From Haliotis cracherodii (taxonomy: Eukaryota), in NCBI RefSeq assembly GCF_022045235.1, contig NW_027266264.1:22382001-22446000 (forward strand): a stretch of DNA of 64,000 nt, given 5' to 3'. The translations under genes were made by a program, and so were the position numbers. The notes under the pieces were generated by a model. It was not told where the DNA came from. It was given only the letters and a program-made list of their open reading frames with translations, and searched no databases. Shown here piece after piece: positions 60,685 to 64,000 of the stretch (its first letter is position 1; each line of letters begins with the position of its first letter).

Positions 60685-61797
60685 AGATAAGATCCGACTT
60701 CAATATATCTGTCTTTATTATATCTGACTTCAATACACCTGTCTTTAATAAATCCGTCTTCAATATATCTGTCTTTATTATATCTGACTTCAATACACCT
60801 GTCTTTAATAAATCCGTCTTCAATATATCTGTCTTTATTATATCTGACTTCAATACACCTGTCTTTAATAAATCCGTCTTCAATATATCTGTCTTTATTA
60901 TATCTGACTTCAATACACCTGTCTTTAATAAATCCGTCTTCAATATATCTGTCTTTATTATATCTGACTTCAGTACACCTGTCTTTATTATGTCCGATTT
61001 CAATATATCTGTCTATATTATATCTGACTTCAATACATCTGTCTTTATTGAATCCGTCTTCAATATATCTGTCTCTATTATATCTGACTTCAATACACCT
61101 GTCTTTATTAAATCCTTCTTCAATATATGTCTATATTATACCTGACTTCAATATATCTGTCTTTATTATATCTGACTTAAGTATATGTCTTTATCATATC
61201 TGTCTTTATTATATCTGACTTCAATATATCTATCGTCAATATATCTGACTTCAATATATTTGACTTCAATATAACTATCTTCATTATATCCAACTTCAAT
61301 ATATCTGACTTTATTATATCTGACTTCAATATGACTATCTTCAATATATCTGACTTCAATATATCTGCCTCTATTGAATCCGTCTTCAATATATCTGTCT
61401 ATATTATATCTGACTTCAATACACCTGTCTTAATTAAATCCGACTTCAATATATCTGTCTTTATTATATCTGACTTCAATATATCTGCCTCTATTATATC
61501 TGACTTAAGTATATGTCTTTATCATATCTGACTTCAATATATCTATCGTCAATATATCTGACTTCAATATATTTGACTTCAATATAACTATCTTCATTAT
61601 ATCCAACTTCAATATATCTGACTTTATTATATCTGACTTCAATATAACTATCTTCATTATATCCGACTTCATTATATCCGACTTCAATATAACTGACTTC
61701 AATATAACTATCTTCATTACATCCGACTTCAATATATCTGACTTCAATATAACTATCTTCATTATATCCGACTTCAATATATCCGACTTTATTATAT
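60685..61797. repeat. 15/30/60-bp hierarchical AT-rich tandem repeat (gacttcaatatatct)
   Basis: Lines 60721-60960 repeat exactly with a 60-bp period built from 15-bp subunits. Confidence 0.93.
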
Positions 61798-62524
61798 TCT
61801 GGCGACATCATATCACTACTCTGTAGCTGCTCGAGGTATTATCTAAACCAGACCGACCCGATTAACACATCTAAAATCTACAAATCTACGCATTGTGACA
61901 TCAAATATCAAGGCAACGAGTATGAGTACATATGGATGCTGCGTGTCTATTTAGTTAAACTAATTTGATAAAGAGGTCAAGGAATGGAAGTACGTGAAAG
62001 ACATTGTCAAATACTCCAAATTAATGCCCATCTCTTCGTTAAACTTGATTGAACAATACGAACATTACCGAAAACTACCGAAGATGTATTGACTATTGAC
62101 GAGCAATAGTAGTACAAGATTACACGGAAATTGAGTTCGTTCCACCGGAATAAGAAGCCATGGTATTATCTCAATTTCCATATGAAAGGAGGCCCGACGC
62201 ACTTCCGACCGGCAGTAATACGCGCAAATGATTTGTCTGCTACCACCAAGGACATTACCAGTTGAAGCCTTGCCCCAAGATATTCGAAATTAGAAACATC
62301 ACTACCGAGTGGCCTGTGTCACTTTGAAACAAAGATGATTGCTATGTTTTATTTAAAGAGAGTTATTATTCTGAAAATAAAATTACTTGGCTGATAAGGA
62401 TGTCTGTATCGATGTCGGCTAGTATTCCCTAACAAGTCATTCGATACTTCAATGAAAGGGACAAATCTAGAATCTAAGGCTTCTTGACAGATAAAACAAG
62501 CGACGGTATCTCATTGGATTAATG

Positions 62525-62712
62525 TGATGCAGGTCTCAGACGTTTACTACTTCGGTAAAACCCACTAGCAGGGGTATGGTGCTGACAAACCTAGAAACGA
62601 TCGGGGCGAACCGGGATGCGAACCCACAATCATAGGTTCCTGGCGTGCTTAAGGAACGCAACTCTGCAAAGGGAATAGCAGCGCCTTAGACGATTGGGCC
62701 ACCGTGCCTCCT
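62525..62712 (-). mobile_element. SINE family D, 3'-truncated
   Basis: Head and body homology. Confidence 0.8.
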
Positions 62713-64000
62713 TATGTCAGTGAAGGCAATGTGTTAGCTGTATAACGGGTACTTTCTACTATCGTTAAAGGAGAGCAATTGACAAAAGTATAAACTCTCA
62801 ACTTACCAAGAACACAATATATGCTAACCCACTTAAACAGAACAATAGATTCCTGAAAATAAATAAATTATTACTTAACCAGCCGTAACTTTGCACGAAA
62901 GAGACGGGAATGGGTTTTCATGCATTGTTTATGTAAAACACTGTAGATATGCGCTAAAACAGTTCAGAAGCACTATGTGTAGTCAAGTTAAAGTGTGCAT
63001 GATATCTTATACAACACAATCCTCACACTGTTACAACCCTTGCTGTGACCACACACGGTCACAAAAATTGTTATTTCCTGTCAAATAGAAACACAATAAA
63101 GCCAATCAAAATTCTTGAAACATTACAGTAACATTAAAGTCCATTACGTTAATGGCCTTCCGTTCCTCTCTATTGCCCGGGGTTCTAGGGGGAAAGGTTC
63201 ACTCGCTCACCCCACCATCTGTAGCACCACAGCATGGGTGTCTCCGAGCGTCTGCAGACCACACAGCAACGGTCATCCCAGGCGGAGCCAATGAGAGGGA
63301 GGGGAGGGGCGTTCATTACAATCGATCGCACCATCAGTCGAGGCTAATAGGAAGAGTAGGCAACTTGTAAAACAGAGAATAAGATTTTAGTTTCACAGCC
63401 TAAGGCGACCTGAATGGATTTAAACCTCTTCTTTTACTGATGGTAGGGTCTACAAACATTGCGCGTGCGTGTGTGCGTGTGTGCGTGTGTGATGCTTGTC
63501 TTCCTCATACACAGCATCTGTGTGAAAGTTGGTAATAGAAGATTCAGGCAAGAAGAACGCAGAAACTGTGCACCCCTCCTTGTTGATCTGTTTCTCCTTG
63601 CTTCCTCTGAAGTACTGATTGAAATGACAAGGTGAAATCCCAGAAAGTTGGCAAAAAGATTACCTAAGCTTCAACGAACAATATGGTCAAATAACAAATG
63701 TCCTTCCTCGGATTTACCCACCTGAACTAGAAATAGAATACCAGTGAAACCAAAGCATCTGTTTCATAATTAGATCTGTGCATATATATTAAGAGTGAGC
63801 TGGATACCTCGACCGAGTACCTAGTACCTAGTACCGCACCTAAGGCCGGTTGGAGTGGCTGAATGAATGGTAAAACGTTTGATCGTGACTCCGAAGATTC
63901 CCCACATGGGTAAAACTTGCAATGTCATGTATTTGTGTCATTCGTCTTGATAATACTACACCACGCGAGCAGGTGTGTGACTGAGTTGGGTGTGACAGCA

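Noticed and set aside
63150-63370. Promoter-like GC-rich patch with CCAAT and GGGGCG, plus a 72-aa ORF
   Set aside because: No linked exon or other support; such short motifs are expected by chance

Overview
Eukaryotic, intron-rich animal DNA. The SINE repertoire resembles molluscan (gastropod, possibly abalone) elements; this is an inference. Most entries in the ORF track are spurious or come from tandem repeats. Three spliced genes can be reconstructed by hand with GT-AG junctions in consistent phase. (1) The last two coding exons of PI4KB (+, 271-1395), followed by a probable ~4.2 kb SINE-free 3'UTR. (2) A complete 10-exon SLC15/POT peptide-histidine transporter (SLC15A4-like; -, 15495->6493; 1623 nt, 540 aa). 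(3) Seven 3' coding exons of an SLC35F3/F4-like transporter (-, 36723->20466) whose 5' exon(s) I could not find. The rest is repeat-rich: four SINE-like families sharing a stem-loop 3' tail, hairpin MITEs with 9-bp TSDs, Harbinger-like MITEs, a decayed Tc1 transposase with nested insertions, a RecQ-like helicase relic, many minisatellites and two assembly gaps. The most unusual signals are (a) a retroposon family with no tRNA head whose sharply defined 5' end folds into a multi-stem/pseudoknot RNA (candidate ribozyme or LINE-derived 5' element), (b) tandem repeats that amplified real splice junctions of the two transporter genes, creating arrays of decoy or alternative splice sites, and (c) an intronic inverted duplication bracketing exons 7-8 of the SLC15 gene.
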